Positions 29,188 to 39,041 of a DNA stretch of 43,831 bases are shown here, in pieces. The position numbers and the translations under genes were made by a program. The stretch's first letter is position 1, and every line of letters begins with the position of its first letter. The stretch spans positions 1 to 43,831 of the forward strand of contig JBCCQQ010000053.1 in assembly GCA_039024555.1 (NCBI GenBank). The letters are read 5' to 3'. Source of the DNA: Cyanobacteria bacterium P01_D01_bin.156. Lineage in GTDB: Bacteria; Cyanobacteriota; Cyanobacteriia; Phormidesmidales; Phormidesmidaceae. The notes under the pieces are model-generated. The model made no database searches, was not told the DNA's origin, and worked only from the letters and a program-made list of their open reading frames with translations.

Positions 29188-30093
29188 ATGAACTTGGGGA
29201 AGGTGAAGTTATCACAGTTACGAGCGCTAGTCGCTGTTGCCACCACTCAAAACTTTAGCGAAGCCGCCTTAGAACTTGATCTTAGTCAGTCTACAATCAG
29301 CCATAGCATTGCCACTTTGGAGTCGGAACTTGGCATAGTACTTATTAACCGTGGGCGTCATGGGGCTACCTTGACCCCCGTTGGTGAAAGTGTTTGTGGC
29401 AAATCCCGACAAATGCTGCAAGATCTGGAAGATATTGGCCAGTTAGCATCACAGGCTCGTGGTTTAGAAGGGGGCCACGTTCGCGTTGCTGCTTTTCGTA
29501 GTATGGCCAGCAACATATTGCCTCGCATTATTGCGAAACTGCATACCGAGTATCCTAATATTCAAGTCACCCTTACAGAGCTAGATGAATTGCGTGATTT
29601 TCAGCAAGCTCTGACCTCTGGAAAAATTGACATTACCGTCGCCGAGCTTCTACCTGCAGAAGACTTTGAAACCCTTTTACTGATCAACGATCCCTGTATT
29701 GGTCTGTTACCTCCCGATTGCCTCATCGATACTTCCCGCCTGAGTTGGGAGCATCTACATCAGCATCCCTTAATTACGTCTGTCCATGGCACTTGCACGA
29801 GTCGTCTCAATCGCGCTTTAAAGCAAGCGATTCCTCCCATTGAGGCAGCCTATCGTGTTCGTACCGATAGCACTATTGTGGGCATGGTTTCCCAAGGTTT
29901 GGGTATTGGTCTCATGCATGAGCTATCGGCCCATCCGATTCCGCAGGATGTCCGGGTAGTACAGTTGCCATTTCAGGTTTTTCGTCCCCTAGGCGTTTCC
30001 TGGTCTAAGGAAGCCCTTTTGTCACCAGCGGTCTATGCATTTCTAGAGATATTCAAAGCCTGGCAACGCCAGGTGTATCCAGCTACTGGCTAA
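29188..30093 (+). CDS. LysR-family transcriptional regulator
   Basis: HTH motif NFSEAALELDLSQSTISHSIATLESELG plus a substrate-binding domain. ATG at 29188. Confidence 0.93.
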   Translation: MNLGKVKLSQLRALVAVATTQNFSEAALELDLSQSTISHSIATLESELGIVLINRGRHGATLTPVGESVCGKSRQMLQDLEDIGQLASQARGLEGGHVRVAAFRSMASNILPRIIAKLHTEYPNIQVTLTELDELRDFQQALTSGKIDITVAELLPAEDFETLLLINDPCIGLLPPDCLIDTSRLSWEHLHQHPLITSVHGTCTSRLNRALKQAIPPIEAAYRVRTDSTIVGMVSQGLGIGLMHELSAHPIPQDVRVVQLPFQVFRPLGVSWSKEALLSPAVYAFLEIFKAWQRQVYPATG

Positions 30094-30361
30094 CGTTTCT
30101 TCGGGGCGTTTTCCACCACATCAGTACTCCGGTAATCAGTAGAGTTAAAAGCCCTGCTGCATTGAGAATAGGGTAAACAAATTCCAGATTGATGGTTCCA
30201 AATTTCCCCCGGTGTAGTTCCAGTAGCCAAAAAAAGTCTTGGGCACGGTTTGCAGCTACTGCAAACTGAAACGCTGTCCCCGTTGTTAAGGTAATCAAGA
30301 GGGGCAGTACCATGAAGGGGACCAGGGCACGATGCAACTGACGAATGCGATAAGCTTTCAT
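30083..30361 (-). CDS. Small PepSY-TM-like membrane protein
   Basis: RQLHR...LTTG, LLELHRG and LITGVLMWW match the His-containing helices of PepSY-associated TM proteins. Confidence 0.7.
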   Translation of the reverse strand: MKAYRIRQLHRALVPFMVLPLLITLTTGTAFQFAVAANRAQDFFWLLELHRGKFGTINLEFVYPILNAAGLLTLLITGVLMWWKTPRRNVSQ

Positions 30362-30696
30362 GAACGATTTTTTCGAGTATTGAGTTCTGTTCTTAATGCA
30401 ATCAGTAGCCAGGGTAGGACAATTAGGATCGTAAACAAGGATTCACCTAATCCAGCGGGCATGGCAGCAATGGAAGGTGGTGTAGTGGGCGCAGGTTCTA
30501 CCTCAGTCAGTACATTAGCTTCGGTCTGAGAACTTTCCGCTTTAGAATTGTCTGTTTCTGGTTGGGGATTATCTGGTGGGGTAGTTACCTTGGGCTGATC
30601 TGGACGACCATGGAGCTCTCCAGCGTGGGCTAGAACGGGAGGTATCAATTGATTGTTCGTAACCGTCGTTTCTAGGTTAAATAAGGTGATGGACAT
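30358..30696 (-). CDS. Hypothetical protein with HAGELH motif, Pro/Glu/Thr-rich linker and C-terminal TM anchor
   Basis: 112-aa ORF whose stop overlaps the next start (ATGA), directly behind a MerR-type promoter. Confidence 0.65.
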   Translation of the reverse strand: MSITLFNLETTVTNNQLIPPVLAHAGELHGRPDQPKVTTPPDNPQPETDNSKAESSQTEANVLTEVEPAPTTPPSIAAMPAGLGESLFTILIVLPWLLIALRTELNTRKNRS

Positions 30697-30749
30697 TAAC
30701 AGATTACGTTAATCAATAAGGTCGGCAAAGTTGGTTTCAGTCATCTATC

Positions 30750-30780
30750 ACTTTAACCCTATAGTTCACTCTAGAGCTAA
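30750..30780 (-). promoter_or_regulatory. MerR-type promoter/operator with a 19-bp spacer
   Basis: Minus strand TTAGCT-N19-TAAAGT. The spacer carries the dyad CTAGAGT-GA-ACTATAG. Divergent from the MerR gene. Confidence 0.75.
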
Positions 30781-30819
30781 GGGAGTATGGTGGAGACAGT
30801 TCTTGATCGCACACTACAT

Positions 30820-31236
30820 ATGACCGCTTCTTTGAAAATTGGTGCCCTTTCTAAACAAACCGATGTTGCGATAGGCGCTCTACGTTATTACGAGAGTTTG
30901 GGTTTATTGCGTTCAGAACGAGGAGATAACGGCTATCGTTATTATTCTCCGGAGGCGGTGCAGCAGGTGCAGTTTATTAAAAAAGCGCAGGCTATTGGAC
31001 TGTCGTTAGAAGAGATTAGTGACGTGTTAACACTCCATGAGAAGGGAGATACGCCCTGTGGCTTAGTACAATCATTATTACAAGAGAAGATTAATCAGCT
31101 GGAAGTTCAGATTCTTCAGATGACAGAGTTTAAGGCAGAGTTAGAAGAGTATCGCGATCGATGGGCCTCGAATCAGCCGCAGCCTGAGTCAGGGGAGATT
31201 TGTCCCCTAATTGAGACTGTCAGTCTAGACCCTTAG
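30820..31236 (+). CDS. Heavy-metal-responsive MerR-family regulator
   Basis: LKIGAL, LRYYESLGLL, NGYRYY and GLSLEEI motifs, with Cys in TPC and EICP. ATG at 30820. Confidence 0.92.
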   Translation: MTASLKIGALSKQTDVAIGALRYYESLGLLRSERGDNGYRYYSPEAVQQVQFIKKAQAIGLSLEEISDVLTLHEKGDTPCGLVQSLLQEKINQLEVQILQMTEFKAELEEYRDRWASNQPQPESGEICPLIETVSLDP

Positions 31237-31409
31237 AAGTTGTTTTAAGCTAGGAAGAGACGTCGGTTTTGATTGGTTATCCTGGTGCGTACCATAAAAT
31301 TCATCTAGGGTAACTTGCTGGGGGCCTACTACCCAGGCAACTCCGCGCTGCTTGGTCCATTACTCTGTGGGTAGGCTAGGTTGGGAGAAAATTATAGGAG
31401 AAAGCTAGG

Positions 31410-31838
31410 ATGCTACGGGGCAAAGTCGAGGTTGCGATCGCAATCATTCATCAGAATGACAAGTTTCTCATGCAGCTGCGGGACGACCTGCCGAATATTT
31501 TATTTCCTGGCCACTGGGGATTTTTTGGCGGACATATCGAACCGGGTGAAGATGCAGATACCGGCGTACTTCGGGAGCTATACGAGGAAATTCGCTATGT
31601 TCCTAAAAATATTACTCTCTTTGAAAGAGTAGAAGATGACGGAGTGATTCGCCATTTTTACCAAACTGAGTTAACCGTCCCCGTAGATAGTCTCGAACTT
31701 AATGAAGGACAAGACTTAGGACTATGCTCTATTGATGATATTCGGCGAGGCTATAAATACTCTTCTCAAATTGGTGAAGATAGACCCCTTGGCCATCCCC
31801 ATCAGCAAGCGTTACTGACGTTTATTGCTCGACGGTGA
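31410..31838 (+). CDS. NUDIX hydrolase
   Basis: Nudix box GGHIEPGEDADTGVLRELYEEI. Confidence 0.92.
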   Translation: MLRGKVEVAIAIIHQNDKFLMQLRDDLPNILFPGHWGFFGGHIEPGEDADTGVLRELYEEIRYVPKNITLFERVEDDGVIRHFYQTELTVPVDSLELNEGQDLGLCSIDDIRRGYKYSSQIGEDRPLGHPHQQALLTFIARR

Positions 31839-31946
31839 ATTTAATCAAAGTTGTTGTTGAACTTCTCTCAATCCGTACACTCCCGCTAATTTTAGGGGGC
31901 AGCTGGGCTAAAGAGTTATTGAGCGAAAATCAAGGCGATCGATATG

Positions 31947-31979
31947 AGAAAAGCCGATGGTGCGACAGCACCATCGGCT
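31947..31979 (-). terminator. Intrinsic terminator (minus strand)
   Basis: Perfect 12-bp stem AGCCGATGGTGC/GCACCATCGGCT with a 4-nt loop, followed by TTTCTC on the minus strand. Confidence 0.65.
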
Positions 31980-32252
31980 ACAACGTTATTGAGGTATTGC
32001 GAATAGCTATATGCCTGCCTATGCAGGACGACTATAAATTCATATTTACGTACATTTTTTTTAATTCGTCTAGGTTCTATCAGCGAGTTTATCTAGCTTT
32101 TACAGGCCGCTTCATAGACTGAATTTTGCGATATTTGCGAAGCTATAGCGGGGCGCACATCGTTTAAGCCATAGGCGATCGTTAATAGCTTTATATAGCC
32201 ATAGCGATGTATGGTGCAGTCTGGAGAATGTATTTATCCGTTTGTTATAGCG

Positions 32253-33332
32253 TTAGGCATTTCTGCTGCTAAATCGACGTAGTCCTATGCTTAAGAGACC
32301 TAATCCTAAAATGCCGGTGGGTTCAGGTACAGACGTAGATGGTTCATCCGAGTTGAATAGGTGAAGATGGGATTCACCAGCGCCGCTCAATGAACCTGCA
32401 ATTAAAGTGCCATTGATGTGACCGTTATTAAATTGAATGTCAGCATTGGGTGCCAGAATGCTACCCATCCAACCGACTTCTGAAATGCTGAGGTTGTTGG
32501 CTTCCTCAAAGTTAAAGAGGATATTTTGGCTGCGATCGCGACACCACATATGGACTGTACGGTCAGCGCCAGGATTGCAATCCTGCTCACCAAAGTAAAA
32601 ACCAAAGCCACCCAAGGCTAAACTGTCCCCTGCTACATTAATGATGGTCTTGGCCGTATCGGGTATATCAAAGGTTAGTTTTTTGAGATTGGCCAAAGCG
32701 TCAGCCGTGACATTAAAGACATTTTCTGTTGTATCCGTGCCGGTAAATGTGGCTAGGGTAGTATCACCGCCGTATTCTTCATAAAGAATGCGAGTCGTTG
32801 CCCCAGTAATGGTTTTAGCTAAGCCGCCAGCAATGGGTTGAATTGCCTCGGTGTAGCTGTTTCCTAAGGCCGCATCTGCAATACGCTGCGCTAGATTTTG
32901 CAAGTTCTTTCCTAGGGTGGCAAAGTTTAGAGGTGATTTCTGGGATAGTTCAGCGCGATGAATAATGGTGTTGTCATTCGCTCGAAACTCAAACCCGACA
33001 TCTTCAGTAACTGTCGCAGTTCCACCATAAACAGCATCACCGTAAACTTTGCCGTTGCTGAGGTCGATGTTACCGCCAACGACCAGCGTATTGCCATGTG
33101 CATCACCTCGCAGCCTTTCGCCAACGCCAAAGGTATTGGCGGTCAAGTTGCCACCGACGGCTAATTTACCCTGTACGTCGGTGTTGAACATATTGTAGTC
33201 ACCAAGAACAACAACGTTGTAGTCGGCGGCTTCTCCCAAGGAATAGCTAGCTGCATTCCCCTCAATAGGGTTAAGTGCGATCGCGCCTACAGCTAAAGAG
33301 ATTGCACATTGCCAGGTGCTTGGACGACTCAT
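32253..33332 (-). CDS. Choice-of-anchor A family surface protein with PEP-CTERM sorting signal
   Basis: Signal peptide, DVQGKLAVGGN and GSILAPNA...GTLIAGS...GESH motifs, C-terminal VPEP-TM-RR. Confidence 0.88.
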   Translation of the reverse strand: MSRPSTWQCAISLAVGAIALNPIEGNAASYSLGEAADYNVVVLGDYNMFNTDVQGKLAVGGNLTANTFGVGERLRGDAHGNTLVVGGNIDLSNGKVYGDAVYGGTATVTEDVGFEFRANDNTIIHRAELSQKSPLNFATLGKNLQNLAQRIADAALGNSYTEAIQPIAGGLAKTITGATTRILYEEYGGDTTLATFTGTDTTENVFNVTADALANLKKLTFDIPDTAKTIINVAGDSLALGGFGFYFGEQDCNPGADRTVHMWCRDRSQNILFNFEEANNLSISEVGWMGSILAPNADIQFNNGHINGTLIAGSLSGAGESHLHLFNSDEPSTSVPEPTGILGLGLLSIGLRRFSSRNA

Positions 33333-33664
33333 AGAAAAAAGTTTATGTGTAGGAAAGTTTATTGGCTGTTGCGATGCTTAGGTTTACTTACAGAAATTGC
33401 CTCGGTTGGGGCCTGTGGCACTGCGGTCAAATCGTTTCTCGCATGGCAACATATCACTTGTTTACATCTAAGAAGATTGTTCTATTCCCCGTTCTAACCC
33501 GGAGTATCTCTGAGATATAACCGTCTGATGTACTTAAACTTCCGCTAAATCACGGTAACATCCACAACACTGGATAGAACTTGCCCTAAACTTTACGGAT
33601 AGCTTTAAACATTACCCACATTTATCACTGTGGTTTTACCGTAGAGGAAACAGTAGTCAGGCCC

Positions 33665-35317
33665 ATGACTGAGGTGTCACCCCCAAAAAATATACCCCAG
33701 CCGCCGGAGGAAGGTCCCCCTTCCCTGTTACAGCAGTCTGCTCCTCCACCTAAGTTGCGGCCCTATCAGGTGGACTTGGTGAATGACCTCTATCGCAAAC
33801 TCAACGAGGGCCATAGTCGTATCGCTATTATTGCCGGTACCGGAGCTGGTAAAACCGTCATTAGTGGCCAAATTTGTGCACATGCTGAGTCTGCCGGTCG
33901 CAGACTAATGTTTTTAGTGCATCTGGATGTGTTGGTGGGGCAAACCTATGAAAAAATGCGCTCCTTTGGTCTAGACTGCGGTTTTATTAAGGCGGGTTGG
34001 CCAGAGAATCCCGACGCACCCATTCAAATCGCTAGTATTCAAACCATGGCTAAACGCCGTTGGTGGAAAAATTGGTCTGCAGATGTGGTGTTTTACGATG
34101 AAGGACATATCACCCTGTTTAGCCAAATTGGTAAACAGGTCATGCACAAAACTCACCCGGATGCGGTGCATCTGGTAATGACAGCCACACCGTTACGTTT
34201 AGGCAGAGAACAGCTGGGCGATGTGCTAGATACATTAGTGTCTTCACCGGTTCCCAGTGAGCTACAGCAGATGGGTTACCTGGCGCCACTCAAATATTTC
34301 AGTATGCCCATGGACAGTATGGCAAACCTGGAAAAGGTGAGCACCAAAGGGGGTGACTACGATGAAAAGGATCTGAAAACAGCGTGCGATCGCCCCGAAT
34401 TAGTGGAACGCATTGTTGAAGAATGGCAGCGGCTAGTACCGGGTAAACGCACCATTGCCTTTTGTGTAGATGTGGAACATGCCCGTAATGTCGCCAAAGA
34501 GTTTAGAAATGCAGGGATTGCGGCTGACACTGTCGATGGTAATACTCCCATTAAAGAACGTAAGCGTCTGTATGAAGCCCTAGGAACTGCTGACCTACTG
34601 GTGCTGACATCGTGTAACGTCATTAGCATTGGCTTTGATGAACCCAGTGTAGAAGTTGGTCTGATGCTGCGACCGACCAAGTCTAGTGCTCTGCACTTTC
34701 AACAATTAGGACGGGTGATGCGGATCTCTCCTCAAACAGGCAAACACTATGGCATCATTCTTGACCAAGCAGGCAATTTAGAACGTCTTGGCTTTCCTGA
34801 AGATATTCGAGAATATATTTTGCCCATCCGTAGCCAGTCTTCTAGTCAGGGTGGACCTGCACCTACTAAACCTTGCCCTGCCTGTGGTTTGATTGTTTAT
34901 TCATTTATTGTTAAATGCCCTGAATGTGGCCATCAGTGGGTTAACGATCGCCCTATTCTTTTAGAAGATATGGTACAGATTTATTCGTCTCAACAGGCCC
35001 ATCAAATCAACGATATTCCTACCCTGGTGCAGTTGTTCCATGGTCACCGTCGACGTGCATTTAAGGGGAACTATGCGCCCACCTGGGCCGAACACTCTTT
35101 TTGGGAACACACGGGCCGTAAGCCCCAGCCAGAGTGGTGCCGCGGCTCTATTTATGGCCATAACCCTAGCTGGGAACAGCAATTAACCTTTCTCGACTAT
35201 CTACGCAAAAAAGCCCGCCGTTTGGGTAAACGAGATGATTGGGTTGCCCACGAATTTGAAAAAGAAGTTGGCCCTGGCAGCTGGAAACAGCTTGCCATTC
35301 ATGATGGCATTGCCTGA
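33665..35317 (+). CDS. SF2 DEAD/DEAH-box helicase with zinc finger (RadD/phage-helicase-like)
   Basis: LRPYQ, AGTGAGKT, DEGH, TATP, GFDEP and QQLGRVMR motifs, plus CPAC...CPEC. Confidence 0.9.
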   Translation: MTEVSPPKNIPQPPEEGPPSLLQQSAPPPKLRPYQVDLVNDLYRKLNEGHSRIAIIAGTGAGKTVISGQICAHAESAGRRLMFLVHLDVLVGQTYEKMRSFGLDCGFIKAGWPENPDAPIQIASIQTMAKRRWWKNWSADVVFYDEGHITLFSQIGKQVMHKTHPDAVHLVMTATPLRLGREQLGDVLDTLVSSPVPSELQQMGYLAPLKYFSMPMDSMANLEKVSTKGGDYDEKDLKTACDRPELVERIVEEWQRLVPGKRTIAFCVDVEHARNVAKEFRNAGIAADTVDGNTPIKERKRLYEALGTADLLVLTSCNVISIGFDEPSVEVGLMLRPTKSSALHFQQLGRVMRISPQTGKHYGIILDQAGNLERLGFPEDIREYILPIRSQSSSQGGPAPTKPCPACGLIVYSFIVKCPECGHQWVNDRPILLEDMVQIYSSQQAHQINDIPTLVQLFHGHRRRAFKGNYAPTWAEHSFWEHTGRKPQPEWCRGSIYGHNPSWEQQLTFLDYLRKKARRLGKRDDWVAHEFEKEVGPGSWKQLAIHDGIA

Positions 35318-35504
35318 CACAGGATCCCATAACCTAAAGTCAAAGGGATTCATAAGTTTGGATCACTAGAATGTGAAATGAATTAGAATTAAAGTACAGC
35401 ACTACATCATACTCAAGTAGATGTAGTGCAAAAGCAAAAAGAGTCATACCAAAAACATCACTTTAATAATCTCTCAATCAGAGAGTCTGCTCTAATAAGA
35501 GAAT

Positions 35505-37538
35505 ATGGAACCTTTAGTTTTTACAGCTGTAACTATCCTAACCAGTACTATTTTTGAGAAGGCGGGTAGCAATGTTGGTAAGAAGCTAGTTGACTATCTT
35601 AAGCAACAACTTAATGAAAGTGCTACAGAAAATCAAAAAGCACATACAGCTCTTGATATACTAGAAAGTGGTGGGGATCGGAATGCATCTAATCAGACTA
35701 TAGAAGTCATTGCGGAAGCCGTTCAAGATAAAATAGATAAAGACCCAGAATTTGAGAATAATATTAGGGAAGAGCTAAAAACTCTTATACAAGAACTTAG
35801 AAAAGATAATCCGCAGCTTGCTAAGCAGATAGAAAGTCAAACAAAATCACTCGAAACACAAATTGTCAAAATTGATCAAGATGTAGAAGATATACGTAAA
35901 AAAATTGAGAATCTCATTAGAATTAATGTTGCTGAGGGAGATTTTGTTGGTAAAGATCCATATGTCCTCTCAGGAAATCAAAATGTTATCAACCAACACT
36001 TTTATTACAATGGAGATAACTTTATTGGTGATAATACAACTAATAGCGGTAGCTTTGAAGATGCAGAAGAAAAGACAGAAAGCTCTTCAAATCCCACTGC
36101 GTCTCGGTCTATAAACTCAGAAGGTACAGAAGTAATTAATGTCAGTATCAACAGCGTTAGCTCTATACAGGACAGGAAGTATTACACTAGGGTTTTAGCT
36201 CAAATAGGCCAAATAAAAGGAAAAATTACTCAGTATTTTACAGTAAAAAAGAGTATGGACGAATTAGATGAAATTCGTCAGCCTAGGCGTTTAGGCTCTC
36301 TGTATGTAAAGGAAGCTGTATTCGAAATTCCATTTTTCTTAGGGAGGTTTTCATTTCTTTGGAGAAGACCTGAGGAAATTCGAAAAAATGAAGAAAAACA
36401 TGACTTGACAGCTGAAGACTATTTAAAGGCTGTTCGGGATATTGAATCGCAGTTGCAAGCAAATGCATCACACGATGAAGCTCTTTTAAAGAGGCTTGGT
36501 AATATAGCCGATGAGATAAACTTCAATATTTCTACTCTGAATAATTCATTTATTTTAGCTATATATCCAGCATCTGCATGCCGTGAGCTTGTCGAAAATA
36601 TGGCCTCTAAAGTTGGATATAGAGAACTGCGTGAAGAAGCAGAAATGCATCTGAGTGTGATATCTAGATTAGTCGAAAAGTTGAACTATCTGGTTAAACG
36701 CTTTGACATAGAGAGATTAAATGAGAAGTCGCAAGATCCTCTTAAAGGCAATGTTTCTCCGGAAAGTATTGACGCTATTAGGCTACTAGTAAATTCGCTC
36801 AATAGAGCTGAAAACTCTCAGTCAGCGGAAAATATTATTAGCCTAGTTAGAGGTGTAAAAAATGAGAATGAATCTAAGAGTGTAAAGCCATTAGAAAAAT
36901 TAGACCAATCGAAAGCGGAAGATAATTCTGAGTCTCAAAGAATATATATTTTAAGCGATGAATCTCAGGCCACAATAGGTATGATGATTGATATTGAGAA
37001 AAGAAAATTGCTAGTTGAAAGTTTAGTTCAGCTAGATAGGAAGAGAAGAAATCAGACTACAAGCTTAGTTACGTTTGCAATTATTCTTGTGATTGGGCTT
37101 ATTGCTACAGGTGGGATTTTAAACGGACCACTATTTACAGTAGGAGATAAATCACTAGATTCACTTAAGCTACCTCTCCTTAATGTGCCTTGGCCAGTAG
37201 TTTTCTGGAGTTTTGTAGGCAGCTTTGCTGCTATGATCTATAGGTTTAACAGGCAGCCGATTCATGAATTTGGTAATGTTATAAAGTGGACTATTACTCG
37301 CTTAGTTCAAGGTGTGGTTTTAGGTTCGGCCTTTTATCTTATTCTTGTATCGGGGCTTGCATTATTAACAGGTATTTCACTTGAAACATCAGACAATGTT
37401 GCTCAAGATGAAATAGCAACAGAAGTGATTTTAGTTTTAACTTTCTTAGTTGGTTTTAGTGATCGATTTGCTGATACGATTTTCAATACACTTATCGATA
37501 AGTACATTGGTAGCTCATCAGAAGAAGGCCAAGCCTAA
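35505..37538 (+). CDS. Hypothetical coiled-coil protein with C-terminal four-TM domain
   Basis: 677-aa ORF in visibly AT-rich DNA. N-terminal helical/coiled-coil region, then four hydrophobic segments ending LTFLVGFSDRF. Confidence 0.75.
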   Translation: MEPLVFTAVTILTSTIFEKAGSNVGKKLVDYLKQQLNESATENQKAHTALDILESGGDRNASNQTIEVIAEAVQDKIDKDPEFENNIREELKTLIQELRKDNPQLAKQIESQTKSLETQIVKIDQDVEDIRKKIENLIRINVAEGDFVGKDPYVLSGNQNVINQHFYYNGDNFIGDNTTNSGSFEDAEEKTESSSNPTASRSINSEGTEVINVSINSVSSIQDRKYYTRVLAQIGQIKGKITQYFTVKKSMDELDEIRQPRRLGSLYVKEAVFEIPFFLGRFSFLWRRPEEIRKNEEKHDLTAEDYLKAVRDIESQLQANASHDEALLKRLGNIADEINFNISTLNNSFILAIYPASACRELVENMASKVGYRELREEAEMHLSVISRLVEKLNYLVKRFDIERLNEKSQDPLKGNVSPESIDAIRLLVNSLNRAENSQSAENIISLVRGVKNENESKSVKPLEKLDQSKAEDNSESQRIYILSDESQATIGMMIDIEKRKLLVESLVQLDRKRRNQTTSLVTFAIILVIGLIATGGILNGPLFTVGDKSLDSLKLPLLNVPWPVVFWSFVGSFAAMIYRFNRQPIHEFGNVIKWTITRLVQGVVLGSAFYLILVSGLALLTGISLETSDNVAQDEIATEVILVLTFLVGFSDRFADTIFNTLIDKYIGSSSEEGQA

Positions 37539-37542
37539 TTGA

Positions 37543-39041
37543 CTGGAATTTAGACATAAACTGTTTCCGAGCCATAGGAGATTGAATTTAGTCGATTGCC
37601 ATGATTGAGCAGTGGTGTTAGTGGCAAAAATCTGTCGTTATGCGACCTTCTTGGGTTTGAGTTTGGGTTTGGAGTAGGTCTTTTTTGCCGTGGGAAATCG
37701 CTTTCGAGGAGTCCGAGATTTGCCTGTTGGCCATCCGGGTGATTTTCCGCGAGGTTTCACATCCTGAGCAGGTGTCCCCAACGTGACCAAAAGTGATGCA
37801 AAGCCATTAGCGACCCGTCCAGGTGTGGGCTGAGCCAAGGGTTTCTGCCAGGGTAAGGTGTGGATGTCTCCCTCGTGTCGAGCGAGCCAAAGCTACCAGG
37901 TTATCAGCGGCATCAAGGTACTCCATGCAGCGGTCTGTGTGGCGGTGCCCAGATAGGGTAAACACCAATGTAATCGCTGCTTGATTAACCGATACCAGTG
38001 ATCCACACATAACCGTCGCAAGTATTCTTGTCAAAGAGTTTCCAGTTCTGGCAGGGACTCTCCAGTCGCCATCAACCAAAGGGGATGGTGTGTTCGATTC
38101 CCTTGAATATCAAGGTGTTCAACCAAAATTAGCTGCATCGAATGAGTGGTGGTTTTGCGAAAGTGAACATTGGCCCAACGACGCAGTCGCAGAGACCCTA
38201 ATTGTTCATCTACCAGGGTGCTTTGTTGGGTGGCGTCCCACCAGGTGCTTGAGTCATTGAGTGTGAATTTATCTCCATGCTTATGGGGATGTCCTCGCCC
38301 TGAATACTCTGGGGGTGTGCCATAGACCACTCGATTCGACCGCAGGCGCATCAGCTTATCACACTCAACCTCTGCCGTTAATTGAACAAAGCGAGCGCAC
38401 CCATATTCAGCATCCCATAATGACAACGGTCGCTCGTTCATTGCCTGACAGACCTGATTGAGTTGAAGAGCCGCTTTTTCTAGGGGACTCTCAAAACTGG
38501 TAATCCGCTCATGAGTAACGGCAGTGCCCAACTGCCTGATATCTCGGGAACACACACCAAGGTGCTATACCCCTGACCCAGGGTTACCGGTTTTGAGCCC
38601 GGAACCCAGGCAGGTTGGTGCTCATAGGTGCGCTCTTTCAAAGTCGGTGACCACAGGCGTGACCAAGCGGTATGGTCCCCAGCTAACACGAGTCGCTTTC
38701 CCTTAGGCAAGTAGTCTGTGTAAAGGCGCATCAATTTGTCGGCAGACGGCTCACTGCGCTCAAGCGTTTTGTAGAGGCTTGACCATTGACGGCGAAACAT
38801 CGGTGATAGCGACAGTTCCGCAAAGCTGGGCACGCTACTACTGGTGATGACGGCATCTATCAGGTCAAACAAGGCATCTCGTCCATTGCCTATCAAACCG
38901 TAGGCACGCTTGCGAAATGTTTGAAGTTCAGCAACACTTTTCATGGCATCTGAGATTGGTAGTGCTTTCCGAGATTCGCCCGTGGAGTGATCTGTCTCAA
39001 TGGCAGATCGCTCTCGTCGAGATTATTGGATTAAACTCCAG
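37543..39041 (-). mobile_element. Degenerate insertion sequence (IS4/IS701-like, cyanobacterial type)
   Basis: Contains the transposase pseudogene. Imperfect terminal inverted repeats CTGGAATTTA (37543-37552) / TAAACTCCAG (39032-39041). Confidence 0.75.
37638..38944 (-). pseudogene. DDE transposase pseudogene
   Basis: DALFDLIDA, ELSLSPMFRRQWSSLY, GDHTAW, WDAEYG, RLRSNR and PRGKSPG motifs. One frameshift near 38512 and two in-frame stops (TGA 38033-38031, TAG 37895-37893). Confidence 0.88.

Noticed and set aside
31835..32122. 95-aa plus-strand ORF after the NUDIX gene
   Set aside because: No recognisable motifs, GTG start, and it runs through a strong terminator hairpin; probably spurious.
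33350..33450. c-di-GMP riboswitch upstream of the PEP-CTERM gene
   Set aside because: GGCAAT and ACAGCC words are present on the minus strand, but the GCAAA junction and P2/P3 stems of the class I aptamer are not.
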